Origin: Phoronis australis | Lineage: Eukaryota; Animalia; Phoronida | Assembly: GCA_002633005.1 (NCBI GenBank) | Contig: NMRA01000432.1 | Coordinates: 192,070-256,069 of the forward strand | Reading direction: 5' to 3' | DNA length: 64,000 nt | Shown: piece by piece, positions 12,342-26,624 of the stretch | Position numbering within the stretch: position 1 is the stretch's first letter | Layout: each line of letters starts with the position of its first letter | Notes under the pieces: generated by a model | Databases searched by the model: none | Seen by the model: the letters and a program-made list of their open reading frames with translations, nothing else | Told to the model about the DNA's origin: nothing | Translations under genes and position numbers: made by a program

Positions 12342-14188
12342 CACGTTGTTTGTATTAAAGAAATGATGATGTGCCCGTTTTCTGATGGATTCGACATATT
12401 TTGTGCCATCTTGTGGCTATTTTTATGATACAAATAAGCAACCCTAGAAGCGTACCATTTGCAGTGCATTCATGGGTGCATTTTAACGCTCTGCGTTGCT
12501 CTTGTTGGGACAGTCTGCTGTTGCGTCCACTAGTAGCCTCATGACATCCTCCGATAAATTACCAAAGTGCGCCTGTTTGTCCTCAAGTTACTGATGACAG
12601 AAAAAAGTCTGATGCAAATGTGCTATGGAAATTCTCTTCTTTAAGGGACAGTTTCTTATGAACTGCCAATGAACCCAGTCAATCGCTTGCCTTAGTTTGC
12701 GCATTTGCTTTGCTAGGCATTGAATCTCGGAAAAAGTTACTCAATATTTTCAAATGTTCACATTCTCTTTGACAACTTAAGGAAGGGAGTAAAACATAAC
12801 AGCCAAAGTCTTGTCTGATTTACAGTCTTCACCACTAGACGATCGATCACTGATCAAGTGATTGCCGGCCGTAGAATACTAGAGATGTGACTAAGTTAGA
12901 CCTCAGCACTGGTTGTGACATAATTTTTATTTCTGATGTTCAGCTAGGAATACAAATGATGGGTAAAGCACCGTTTCTGATCAGGATTGTGGAGGTCACA
13001 TGAACAGTTTTAAGTGACCGGATTGGTCCATGTTTGTTTCCAAACGGAAATTTCTGGTCGTTGAATATTAGTTGTCAAAATTGAAAAGAATTACTTTTTA
13101 TCAACAAAACAGTATGTGCTGGACTGGAGGGACCTCAATTTTATTTCTGCTATGAGACTTCAAAGCTTCAAAACTGCATAGATTTTGTCAATCTAGCAAG
13201 TGAGTTTTGAAGCAGCACCAAATTGAGACTCCAAGCTCAGCTCAGAATACGCGTTTTTATATGAGATTTTGCAGAAAGTCGTCTTACAATTCAAAAATGT
13301 CCCCAAAGAAATTAAGAAGAGATTGTCTCCTCTAAAACTGAAAACCTCTCAGTGGCCATTGTACAAGACCAAAGTGACCAAAGTATCGTTTTCCCGTCAC
13401 GACGGCTAATTCTGTTACATTAAAAATTAATGGTAGTAACTGGTAGGGCTGCAAGATTCTAATTACCAAATGGCTTAACCACTTTACTAACTTTCCTGTT
13501 AATTCTCCGTCATTCTCACTGATAAGTGAAGACTACTCTGTTGATGAATTGAGCGGTCATGGCCGGTAATTCGGGTGATTTTGTCTGAATACTTATGCCT
13601 TGTACTGTATTTAGAATGTTGATCCCAACAGCATCAGGAGTACTCAGGAGGATATTAGTGATGGGTGTTGGTCTTCCTTAAATTGCTGCGCTTGGTAGAT
13701 GTTCATTTATCTGTAGACTTCTTGGTGAAGGATTGTACTATTTTTCAGATGTTTTGCTAAGACAATGTGTCTCTTGTACCTGCAATATTTGTCCATTTTT
13801 AGGTCACCAAACATGCCAGCAGAGGGTGCAAAATGTTGTGCCATCCTTCATCGCAGTTCTCAATTAAATGTGTGTGTGCTTACCATCAGAGTAACGTAAA
13901 ACAATATCTTAGGATAGTTTTAGTAGTTTTTGAAAATGCTGACTAATTTTGGTTTACATTCACATCTAAGTTATGTTGCAAAGTCAGTTAGTTGGAAAAT
14001 AAAACTAAATCATTTGAAAACCAGTCAAAATGTTTTACTTCTAAATTCACTGGTTTTTGACGAGAAGAGATTTCGCCAATTCTTTTGGAAACTGCTGTAT
14101 AATTATGCAATGTCAAACCATTATATAATTATGCGATGTCGAACTATCCTCGTGCATCTTTTCCAGTGGATTATGTTTGATTTTGCAG

Positions 14189-14373
14189 CTTCGACAAAAA
14201 GAGAGATCTACTTCATGGCGCTTATTGACATTCTGACTCACTTTGGGGCCAAGAAGAAGACTGCACAAGTGGTGAAGCAGGTGAAACATGGTGCTGACGC
14301 CGAGATCTCTACTGTGAAGCCAGAGCAGTATGGACGGCGGTTCTTGGACTTCATTGACAAGTGCACTAAGTAA
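14189..14373 (+). CDS. PIP4K2: PIP4K2 last coding exon ([23 protein letters not shown]...[23 protein letters not shown])
   Basis: ttttgcag acceptor, phase 1 matches upstream exon, IDIL motif and type-II activation loop, TAA stop. Confidence 0.95.
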
Positions 14374-14964
14374 GGTTGCACCAAGAAACCTTGTACTAAG
14401 TAACCCTGTATTAAGTGGGAACAGGAGGAGACAACTTATGGTTGATGATTTGTTGCTTATTACGCGCCATATTTCACATAGGCAAACAACATTGATGCCC
14501 TACCTTACTGTACAAAAATAAAGAGTATCAAATACAGGGTTGATATTGTTCTGAATAGCCCCCTTTTGTTATTCACAGGCCCTTCGCGTCTTGTGGACCG
14601 TTGTATTCATTACCCTACATATTTCTAACGAGAGTGTTTAGCAAATAATGTATCTGGCACCATTGGCAAAATTCTTGGAGGTACTTTGCCAGTAACCAAA
14701 GAGAAACTTGTTGTTGTAGTTACCTTCTCCCTACTGTGGGGATATTTGTTAGCCACGGTATATATCACATGGCATCATGTTAGATTTAGGCAACTGAGTC
14801 ATTCTCAGCAGGGGGTCTGCCTAATATCCCTGAATTGGGTTCAGCTCGAACAATCGCAGCCCCCCAGTGTCCTCCGGCAGCCATTAGCGTCACCATCAGT
14901 ACCCACTAGTCATTGGTAGGCATTTGATAATTATTGTTCTTTTGTTGTAGAGGATGAACCCTAT

Positions 14965-16122
14965 AGACTCTATTCACGCGGCAGACATTAAAATCCAAAG
15001 CGAGGCTCACTGCGATAAACAAAGCGAAAGTAGACATTGCGTGAGTTAAATAGCCGGTCTTTCGAGTCCAACCTGGATATTGAATTTTAATAATGTGTCA
15101 ACAATTAAACCACATAGACGTAGAAAATTACATTACAGAACATGTTAAGGCGTCAAAGAGTTGTCTAACGAAAGGGTTTAATTTTTCTCGGAAAACTAGG
15201 TTCGAAACATGAAACGTAAATATGACCAAATTGCGGCGATCGTAGTGTTACGGATTAGGTATTATGCTGAATGCAGGGTTACTTTTTTCTTGTAAATTGT
15301 TGATCAAAATACTTTCTACGCGGACCAGGTCATCTGCTCGTATTGTTGACGAGTTGAAGACATATACGACAGTGGTGGCTGTCATGTGCAATTAGTCACA
15401 TCTGGTTTAATTTGTTGATCAAGAATATTAAAATCAAGCATAGCCTGATCCTATGCACTCCCTGGGACTAACAGTTGATTTGTCATTGATCTGAAAGAAT
15501 AATTGATGTTATTAAATATATTTTTTATTAAAATAATAAACCAGACTCGTAATTGAAAATAAAAATTATTTGACCATCAATTCTGCTTTCTTGGTTGTAA
15601 TAATTCTTACGTCTATTTCATGTGTTAGATTTCAAGTATCAATTTGGACCAAGTTGAATTTTAAAATTAAAACACCTAATTCGTTCGTCCAAAACGTAAC
15701 CTCGTTTTAGAACTCAATTTCAGTTAACTGGACAATGAAATCATAGTTATCATGTTTCTGCAGAAACCTCGTTCATCCGAGGGGAAAGGTGCCTGTGCCG
15801 TTGTCATGAAAATACAACCTGGCTGGCCCATTCTCCGGTCGTTACTAAGTACTATGATGCTTGACAACTGACCGAGACGCGACAAAATATGATCTAACTT
15901 TTCAAAAACATTTATTTTACAATACACGGACATATTTTGCTTCGTCGGCGTATGGCAACGACCCAACGCTTCCGAATCTAAACGTCTTTAGAGATTGTGA
16001 AGCGTGTCCGTATTTTTTCTAGCCGTTCGGGGAACAACACGGACTGAAACACAGACTCCTATGCCGATAAGCTAACAGAGCTATCGTAGCGAGCCTCGTT
16101 TTGGAACGCGTGAATAGGGTCT
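14965..16122. mobile_element. Non-autonomous DNA transposon, ISL2EU-like termini, downstream of the PIP4K2 stop
   Basis: agactctattcacgcg / cgcgtgaatagggtct TIR plus subterminal cgaggctc/gagcctcg, flanked by AT on both sides. Confidence 0.7.
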
Positions 16123-17313
16123 ATAATTACAGTTGTATCTTTACATGCAGTAATTACTCTGTTGGCCAAAATCATTCATAATATCAGTCATACTGTTGTT
16201 GCAATGTTTCCTGTAGCTTCAATTGTGAGATCTTTGTGACATCGAGGAACTCTGTAGTTGTTGTCTTCAAAATCTGTTTTTTTTTTCTCAATGCAATTTA
16301 ATTTTGGAGTAGCAAGGCCCCGGTAGCTGTCTGTCATTTTTGGTGTCTGTCTGTCATTACGTGCCTCTTTCTAATTTCCTCTGAGAGGGCTGGTGGTGCA
16401 GTCAGAGATGCAAGTGTTTGCTTCGCATTACATGCTAATTAGGGTCAATCTGCTGTTATTAGGTTAAGCTTTGATGGACAAATGAGAGTTTTCCTTTTCG
16501 AATTGTCAAAATCGCTGTGTTTTGTCATCTATGTAGCGTTCCACATGGACAGGCACAGCAGGTTAAGTTTGTTTCTGCACTTGGGGAATGAAGTATTGTC
16601 AATAGCTTTAGACAGCACAACCCACTTATCTTGTTCCACTTGAAGTCCTGGGTCATCCACAACATCAGGGGTATTTCCGTAGCCTCAGATGTCCCCTCCT
16701 AGGTGAATGTTATCTGTGCATGTACAGACTTCAGTCATATGGTAAGTCATGTGGCTGTCAAAGTACAGAATGTCCATGTCACGGAAGATTACACTAGTGC
16801 AGATGATGTTCATTTCCAAGGGGATACTTGAGGCTACCAAAACACCTTGAGTTGTGCCAGATGGCCCTGGATACGTTCACCGTCTGGTTCCCGTTTCATT
16901 ATCATATGGTAACTTTATGACCTTTTTTACACAGAATCTGAATGGAGATTTACGACTAGTCACACATTTTGATGTAAGTCTCCATTTAGACCGTGGGAAA
17001 ATAGTTGTTAGGACATTTTGGCGCGATGATGGAGCCCTTTATTTGTGAATATGAACTTCAGTGTAATGTGAACTCAAGATACGGTGTTTTTCGGGAGATG
17101 AATAAATGATTTATGTTCATCCCTGATAATCCCAAAATCTAAACTACAGATACAAGTTTGGACTATAGTTTGTAACTCGAAGCCGTCAGTCATCAAATGC
17201 AAAGTATATACTACACTTTGTAAATCATATTGAACTTAAGTATGAAAATTAAAGACATCTTGTGTTCTTGCTTAGAACAGGAAATACTACACTACTGTAT
17301 GTTGGAGTTGTAA

Positions 17314-17529
17314 TTCAGTGATTGGATGTCTGACCTCGATGTAGGTACGCCCTGTTGTCAACACTGTTCAGTGATTGGATGTCTAACCTCGATGTAGGCA
17401 CGCCTTGTTGTCAACACTGTTCAGTGATTGGATGTCAGACCTTGATGTAGGTACACCCTGTTGTCAACACTGTTCTGTGATTGGATGTCTGACCTCAATG
17501 TAGGCACGCCCTGTTGTCAGCATTGTTCA
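17314..17529 (+). repeat. ~53-bp minisatellite x4
   Basis: ttcagtgattggatgtctgacctcgatgtaggtacgccctgttgtcaacactg repeated with few substitutions. Confidence 0.9.
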
Positions 17530-18473
17530 AGTACAAGGTTGATTTTATTTTGGTGTAAGGAACAAGTGACACTCTGTTGGAAAAAGCTTTCTTGTGCAAT
17601 CGTGATCAGCATTCGAGACAAATTGTAGGGCTCGTGTAATTGTTTCAGCTTTTTGTACGTTTTGGCTTTCTCATTTTTATAGCTTACCAGTTGCAGTTTT
17701 TAAATGCTGTTAGAAAAGTGAGCGTGAAGGTGTGTAGTCAGCTCAGAGATGGCTTGTAGGCATGGCACTTCTTTATAGTAACTGTCTACTTTCAGTTTAT
17801 TGCAAAAAAATGTCATCAGCACGTCAATGATATTTTTTGAACAAAAATCTAAAAGCTGCATTTTGCATTGTCTAGGTGGCAAAAACAAAAAATCAATTGG
17901 CATTTTACTCTCACAAAATCTGTCTGGTAACATTACCTATCATGATATACTATTCCCGTTGCCAACAATAATATCAAAACCATCAGCCACAGAAAACGAT
18001 TCAGAGTTTATTGGGCTAGGCCAGTCCTGAGACTGTGAATTCAAAAACGGCACATGTGCACATTGACTGACTTTCAGATGGTAACGGAAATCGAATGCTA
18101 TCACAGTTTTTATGTTTTCTAGCCAGCTAAACTGAGTGGAATGTATCTTCATTGTTACTCCACAGATTTTACACTAAGCTTACTTGAGGTGCTGTTGCCA
18201 TATAAGTTCTATTTAGAATTGTAACTCAGTTTTGTTAATAGAGAGTAGGTGACCTCGCTACCAGGCCTCCACTCAATGCCTTCAGGTGTCAGTTGATGGG
18301 GTTGGATTTTGTTGACCTTTGCGCCACCTTTTGTAATTAGGTAGATATATCATCGTCATTTATGTCATCAGTTCATGCATGTTGAGCACAGTGTGCATGT
18401 TCCAAACACTGTCCAGTAACATTGAACATTTATTGTCGTGTAAATTTGTAATTTAAACTTTTATTGTGATGTC

Positions 18474-18479
18474 AATAAA
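18474..18479 (+). terminator. Candidate distal polyadenylation signal of PIP4K2 (3'UTR up to ~4.1 kb)
   Basis: AATAAA followed by U/GU-rich sequence; other AATAAA at ~14517 and 17101 are alternatives. Confidence 0.4.
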
Positions 18480-19013
18480 TTTTTAACTTTATTGTCTTTG
18501 TTACCTCAGTCACAATTTGAGAAAAGAGTTTGTCTGCATTTCTTTTTTTCACAGTGTCATGTAGATTATTAAATATTATACCAGGGCGCGCTGCGTCAGT
18601 GGCGCAAAAACGACGTGCCCGTTAAAATTGGAAAAGAAAAAGGACAAAAAATAACATGGCCCTTAGACTTGATGTGGTGTAGGTAAATTTGCTCATACCC
18701 ACGTTTTGTCCTGGTTCAAATAAAAAACTATGATTAGTCCAACTTATCAAGAATGGGCGGTAATGGTAGGCCTAGAAATGGACGGTCAGGTGAATATACC
18801 CTAAAAGCTTGGATAAGTCGTAGATTATTGTCGAGTAAGTGTGGAAAAACAAGCAACTTACTAGTGAAAGAAGTTTCATTACTTTCATGTTTCACATACG
18901 TTTTACCAGGAAGAGATAACCAGGTGGTTTTACTTAATTTCTTGCTTGTATGGTATATCTAATGTGAAGTAACAGTTAACCGTGGATGGCAGCGTGACCT
19001 GAGGAAACGTTAA

Positions 19014-19581
19014 CCCTCGGTGGTTCCCTGCGTGCTTGGCCCAGCCAGCAAGCAGGTATCACGCAGTGACACGCGCTTCAGCATTGGTCGATGTAACCTC
19101 GGCAGTCATTGGTTAGATTCACAACACTGGGTGAAAAAATGGTGGACTGCGAACGATTTTTAGCCTCTCATGCAACTATTTCGTTTCTGCAGTGATATTT
19201 AATAGCCGCTTGATCAGAAGCACATACGTGTACAATAAACACATATCTGGCCGAATTAGCCGGTGTGTTATTCATACTGTATGAATACAGGACACTATCG
19301 TAATCAAAAGTCATCGACAGTAGAAAGATGCATTCCGAAAAGGCGCAATCACTATTTCTAGGCTTCACATTTCCCGGAACATAAATTTTAAGCACCACAT
19401 TTACACTTCAGTCCATCAATCATGCCAGTTTGTTTGCGTAAAGCGCTGCCTGTTGAGAATGCGACTAGCCAATCAGAAACGCCGGTGTAAAAAAATTTAC
19501 CGAGGAAAATTAAGTGATACCTGCGTCAGTGCTGGCGCGGCTACCGCCCCACCAAGCGGCACGCAGGGATCCAACGAGACG
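19014..19581. mobile_element. MITE flanked by TTAA
   Basis: ttaa|ccctcggtggttccctgcgtgc ... gcacgcagggatccaacgagacg|ttaa; inner gcaggtatcac/gtgatacctgc pair. Confidence 0.6.
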
Positions 19582-21884
19582 TTAACCAACCAAGTCACTA
19601 CAGCGACTTCTAGTGGCCAGCAAAAAATCAAATGAAGTCAAATTGCATCAGTGGAAGTAGATTTTCCCGCTGCAGTGTACCAGAACTTTACCTGAGCACC
19701 TAATCTTGTCGCTGAACGTAAGAGAGCAGTAAGAAACTTTACTGCTCCCACTGTGACTCTGAATGGATCAGACACCCGTATGAATGAACCTTGCGATGTC
19801 AAAGGACTGGCGTAGGCTACTCATGAACAGATTCGAACCTTTAGTCGCGGTGTTGTGGATTAACTCTGCGTTTGCTTCTCCATGACCAAATTTGATAATG
19901 CAGCGTTCTATACAACAGCAACAGTTTCAGTGAAATACAAAAAATAGATAATCAGTCGATGTTGGCCAATGCGTGAGTAAAACGAACAATGGGAAGAAGG
20001 GCTTATTGGCTGGAAAACGCACCGCGTATAGATACTGGAACACAACGCATACACGGCATCACTGTAGCTGAAGATATCGGTGATTTTCATGCACACAAGC
20101 GGCCACAAAGCCTTTCGTCGTTTGTTATTTATTTATTTGTAAACATTCACTAACGTACGTGTCTGCACGTGTGTTAAGAAAAAGCTAAAAAAAAGCTATC
20201 TGTACGCTTGCAAAAAAAATGTCACTGACTTTGACCTTGCGTGTCACAGCGGGACTGGTCAAACGGTAATATTGATAGGGATGACCATCTGCTTCAAGCT
20301 CAGTGTCAAGACAGTTATAAAGCATCGATAGTCAGGATGTAGTAGTGCTTTCTTTTTAAAGCACGGAATATATTCACAGGGCAGTTGGATGGAGGTCAGA
20401 GTAACGTTCCATAGATAAACATTTTGTAAGAAAATCGAGGTCACACAAAACTATGCAAGCGAAAGGCGGCGAGTATGTCTCGAGTGCGCTCAAGCTCTTT
20501 CTTGCGTAACCTAACAAATTGCGGTCACGGAAATGATTGGTCGGTGATGTTGAACTTGGATTGATGCATAAACTGTACGATAAAGTTCAATCTTGGTTCA
20601 TTCCGTCCCACAAACGAAGATTTTTTCGCTGCAGGTGCTAACTATTGTCTTGGGTCTACATCACGCAGCCCCGTAGCTGACTGGGAGCATTTGACACCTT
20701 ACTCCGGCCAGTAATTTTCCAAGTGGGGTGTCTTAAAATATTGAATCTGAAGTCCTCTCTCACAGCAAAAAAAACAAAAAATAATCCAAAAATCCTTTCA
20801 CATCTTAATTACTATATTATGGACCGGCTTTCTGCGGTAAAAAAAGTAACCGTTAATCACATTGAAAAGGGAGTGCGGAGTCATGGACGAATGCTGACTT
20901 TAATGCATTTATTTGACTTTTTAAAAGAGCCTCCAAATATTCATGCAATACAAAAATAAAAGATTTTTTCTCATTTCAGTGACAAATGTGCAGGCACGTG
21001 TTGACGATCAGTCGACGAAAAACGCCTGCAAGTGATTGCAGTTTGACAAACTGTAATGGCAAAACAGACAGCACCGTCATGAGTCTAATTTAACCTAACA
21101 AGAAAATTGGACGATCGATGTAAACTAATATTAAAGTGACAGACATGTCATCAAAACTGAGACAAACGAATTGATTACCAAAAAGCAATCAATGGGTTGA
21201 TTGCAATCCGGCAAACTGTAATGGCAAAATGAGCGCTGAGGCGTGTACAACAATAACAACTGACGAAACATACAGGTAAAAACCTGTGACAAGTATAAGG
21301 GAAAAGATAAAATTCAAGACAGAAAGAATATCACACTAATCACTTAAAAAGAAATTACCCTGATTAGTAAAGGGACTTGCTGAATTAATTCGCAAGCGAT
21401 GCAAATACTTTTTACATTACCATGTACATAGTGCATGTATTTGTTTGGGTGGTTAGAGAAAACAATACACAATCACTGCCTGGGATTTTGATAACTACTA
21501 ATTGTTCGCACGCGTTGAACGCATCTGATTAACTTCTTTTGACCGTATCCAATTGCCACGGATTCGATCTAATTCCACTAGACTGTTCTTTACAACTAAT
21601 TTTGTCACGCGTACATCCAGTACTCTGACCACTCACAACACGTGGATTATTAGATTCTTCCACTGGTGCAGATCGCCCTGGAAAACGACGCGACGAGGCC
21701 ACACCCTTTCTTACCAGCGATCTTGGCACGCTGTATGCCATGAGACAACACGCAGCATTCTCTAAAAAGTAATGCATCACGAGAAAATCAACATACAGGA
21801 AAACAAATAAATTAAACTATGCATAAAACTCTGAAAATGCAGACTAATCAGACGAGTTGTTATCACCTCTAAAGTCTTGTACCC

Positions 21885-22092
21885 GTATACGATTGTATTT
21901 GTATACGATTGTATTTGTATACGATTGTATTTGTATACGATTGTACTTGTATACGATTGTATTTGTATACGATTGTATTTGTATACGATTGTATTTGTAT
22001 ACGATTGTATTTGTATACGATTGTATTTGTATACGATTGTATTTGTATACGATTGTATTTGTATACGATTGTATTTGTATACGATTGTATTT
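21885..22092. repeat. 16-bp minisatellite x13
   Basis: gtatacgattgtattt repeated almost perfectly; explains the cluster of spurious ORFs. Confidence 0.97.
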
Positions 22093-25000
22093 TAGTTGGA
22101 GTGAGCAGTTTTTTACGTATAAGGCTTTCATTCACGGCTTCCGTCCATTGAATTTTACAACGAGAAACGCAACCTTTTGAAAATCACGCCAGTGTTCTCT
22201 GTACTTGCGTGGACAGACGAAAATGCAGCTTTTTGAAAACGAAGTATTCACTGTTCATGAAAACAAACCGTTCTAACGGACATTTTTGTTCATTGTAACG
22301 GAACATATGTTTATAACAGTTTCTTGTTGTTTGATTCGTTTCTATGGTGCGATACAAAGGGAACGCGCTACTGACCGAGTAAACTTTTAAGAATGATGCA
22401 TTTTGAGACCACGAAAAAAGTGTGATAAATGAAATTTTGTCCAATTCTACCGAGCATATATCTATGGCAGTTTGATTTTGTATAATAAAACTGCGATATG
22501 CTTAAATTAAGAAAGAGTGCGCAATAGAAGTAAAGGATTTGTGGCGGCGGCGGCTGTGGTGGTCATTGTAATATTGATGTATATTGTATATTGGTCAGTT
22601 TTACTTCTGCGTTTTTGTCGAATTTAACTGACTGAATAAATAATCGTGTATAATAATTTTCTTCAATTTTTGAAGGGGAAGGAATTGTTATGTTGGCATT
22701 GTTTTTGTCCAATATAACAGTCAACATTTTTCTTCATATCAAATGTGTTGCTAGTGAGCATTTTTGTCCAGAATAATAGTAGAAAAAACCTTCTCCTATG
22801 GCTTATTTTGACCAGTATAATGGTCAAAAGTATTCTTCAAATCAGTATGTTGCTAGTGGAAGTTTTTTTCCAATATAGCAGTAAACTTCATTCTCCTTAT
22901 CACGTTTTATCTGGACGTATTGTTCAGTAAACGATGGACGACATTTATCATATCACACCTTTCCATTTGGATATTTTTGTTCAATGTAGTAGTAAAAAAT
23001 ATTCTTCATATCAATCTGTTCTATGAGGACATTTTTATAACAGTAAAAAATATTTTTCATTGATCATAGGATCAGACAGTTAGAAGAAGGTAGCACTGAT
23101 TAACATTCTTTATTGGAGAGTACGGAGGTCAGTAACGTCACTGCTTTTGTACATTCCGTTTTGAGACACCTTTACGAGGTCCTCATGAATGGCAAAAACA
23201 TGGAAACGCCAGCAATTTTGTGGCAACTCAAACCACCAAAAAACACTGGCAACCGTGCACTGGCGTTTTCGCCACTGGCGAAACTGCTACCGAAAACACT
23301 AGCTTTTTAGCCATTTTGTGAACTGTGTGCACTGGCGAATACGTAACTTTTCGAAAACACTTGACACGATCGCATTCGTGTCTGTGGAATTTTTTGAAAT
23401 GCGAAGAAAATGTTGCATACTCAAGACGAAAACGTTGTCACGTAGAGAGGGACTTAAAGCAAGCTTTCTAGATGCAACATGACGAATTAAATTCATGAAG
23501 TGTCGATGCCTTTAAATACCATCATCGTCAGGAAAGTGCTTGGGCGCATGCACGTTTGAAACTCTTGATGAAAGTACAACACCCAACAACGGTCATGTTA
23601 TTGGTAACTATGAAATCACAATTGAATCAATACAACAAAAAATAAGCACGTGAAAGTTAAAACATTATATCAATAAATAACACTGCAAATTACATTAATA
23701 GATAACTACGAATTTTTTTACAATTATCATATTTTATTTTGAACAGAAAAAATACCACATTTCTGGCATTGCAAACTTGAAAAGTGAGTCTAGGACTGTT
23801 ATTCACAGTGCTATCATTAGTCTGGTGAACTGGAGATGCGTCACTCGTTGTATAAACAGGGAGTTGACGTATGAGTTATTGATGGAGACTCTTCTCTGAT
23901 TGGTCAAATGGTTAATTTGCGTCAAATACCAAGTGTAAAGTTATGGCCTTTGAGATTTCGAACTACATGATTGATCCGAGTAACACACAAATCTTCCGGT
24001 ATCGAAAACAGAATACGTGAGAACTGGAGTATTAATTTTTCAACGTCAAAACGTGCATTTATTTCTTATTTGCTGGAATCTTTGTAATTATCCATTAATT
24101 TCTGGTCTAGTATTGCTTTGTTTGAACTCAGGTAGGATTTTTGCCAATTATTTATAAAAATAAACTTAACGTTGAACATCATAGCAATTTACGTTATGAT
24201 ATTTTTTAATTAACAGCACGCTCATTCTGTCAAAATGAAAAAAACAAGAAATTCAAAAAAGCTTTGAATCATACTCTATGCAAATTCCTGGAAGTATAAT
24301 TAAAATTAAAGTAGCGACAATAACGTAGCTTCACTTACCAGTTAACACGGGGATTTGAAGATTACTTTAAACACAAGACAAGAATGATGGAAAGGCATTT
24401 CGTAGCATTTGTATTCAACAGATCCTGGCTGTTTTGTGTCATCTTGTTCGTAACTGCAATTAAAGAAAAATCCTATGCAATGTTGAGATATTGTTTTGTA
24501 TGTATTAGCATCATACGTAAAAGAGTCCTTGGTCAAATCATTGAGTGTACTCTATGTTTAAATGTAATAGAAAAAATGAAATGCACCATCTCGCAAAAGC
24601 AAATAAACTATATTATTTTAGTTCAAGGATTTTTAGGTTATCATGGTAATGTCAAATAGGCCGATTTAGATTTTTCATTTAATTTGCGCTGCGCAAATGC
24701 CAATGAGGAACAACGTGGGATTGCTAGACAAAACGGTTCAGGGTATTCCAAACAACAGTTTCAATAAACTATTGTACACCAACGTTCTGTGATTCTAATG
24801 GCTTTCCAAAAAGCATCGTCCCAGAGATACACAATGAATATAGATTAATTAACACAGACTAATAATTATTGCAAAATTAAATGAAATTCAACTGAGACAA
24901 GAGACTATTTGCCCAAGTAAACTGTTCAGGTTTTGTCCCTTTAAAGCTACCATTCCCTTTATAGTCACCAACTTAGAACACGTGATGAGATTCGATTGAT

Positions 25001-26532
25001 GAGACATGTCACAAAAGTATAAACATTTCGCAAATTTAAGTCCTGTTCGTGTTCGCCTTACTTTACTGTTAATGGTATTAAACATTTTTAAAAAGTGGGC
25101 GGGGTTACCGGGAAATAATGTTTAGGAATATGTTTGAAACAAAAAGAAAAAACATATATAATTACATATGATAAATATATTCTTACATAAGATATTATAA
25201 TTTTGCAATAGACATGTCTTCACTCTTTCGCGACTGACTCATTTCTCTTAATTTGAATCTTACAGCATTATTTAACAATGTTTTCTGTTATTATCTCTGT
25301 TTCGCAAATCAACTATTGATTTCGAAATTGTTTGCCAAAATGAGTGGTTCACAGTTTATCCATCGTTTCAATTATTGGGTGACTTAGCATACGTAATTAA
25401 ATTTTCTTTAATAAATAATAAATTTTGCTAAATGATTTTGAAACGCTACGTATGCCATGTTGGAGACATTCAAATAAACTTTCTAATTACAAGGTGAAAT
25501 TGAAGGTAACGAGGCCTACGTTACGTAAACGCAAGGAATCCGTGAAAACACGGGAAATTTTCACGAGATACCGCCATGCATGACCACATTTGCTCTTTTG
25601 AGGAACGCAGCGCCAATTTCGGCCTACATAAAACCGTCATAGTGCAGGCCGTTGACATTCACCTGATCGTGTTTACGTCAACAAGCGTTTTCTGGTGCAC
25701 GTTGAAACGGTGTTTCCAAGACCAAGTGAAAGTCCATTTAAACCCTAGGATCAAACTGGTCGGAAATTCCGGCAAACAATGCAGACTTTACCGGTGTCAG
25801 TGATTCTTCGAAGTATGTCTCGTGTTTCGTGGACACTGATCCGTTTCTGTCAACACTTAGCCGTTGTATTTCACTCAGTAAAGACCAGTTATCTTGATGT
25901 TAGATAAATATTAGTGTGGTCATGTTTAAAGTTTTTCTTGTAACGGACACTTTATATCGGAAGACATGGGCTTAAGTTCGTCAAGCTGCACAGAATGGTC
26001 CTTGCTCATGATTTGTGTTTCGCAAAATAACATGTAGTACTTAATGAAACGATTTATATCTCAACATTCTACTTTGACATTAGTGTCCATGTCATTTTTC
26101 GACAAAAGAATTCAACATTGAGCACACGCCAGCTTATGGTCACGTGATGTATAAAAATACGCAGATGGCGAAAGAGAATCTCGGAGATGAAATGTTAAAC
26201 GCGGTGTCGTTTACTTTGTCACTATAATGAACTATCGGAGCTATTCCAGGCGCGAGATGTCGAAAGACATGTTTCTTGTTCATTTAGCCGACCGACATTT
26301 AACGTCAAACATCACTGAAAGAAAAGTTGATTTAAAAAATCATTTCCCTGAGGTTTGTCTCATTTGTTCCTTATGAAGATCAAATGTGGATTTCCTTTTC
26401 AAAATAAAACCCAATGAAGTGTTGCAGGGTTCATTTTAAAGTAGAAATAATGTCATGTTGTACGAAAAAGCTTTTGAGAACACAAAAAGCAACAGCTGAA
26501 CGTATTTCAATCTCACTGTGGTTTTCTACATG

Positions 26533-26624
26533 AAATGTTGTCATTATACAAATGTTGTCATTATACAAATGTTGTCATTACACAAATGTTGTCATTATAC
26601 AAATGTTGTCATTATACAAATGTT
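26533..26624. repeat. 17-bp tandem repeat x5
   Basis: aaatgttgtcattatac. Confidence 0.9.

Noticed and set aside
13930-14188. N-terminal part of the 147-aa ORF
   Set aside because: Intronic read-through upstream of the true acceptor at 14188
17314-17529. CRISPR-like array
   Set aside because: Whole unit repeats with no unique spacers; eukaryotic context
21844-22180. Five overlapping ORFs
   Set aside because: Products of a stop-free 16-bp tandem repeat; no spacers, so also not CRISPR-like
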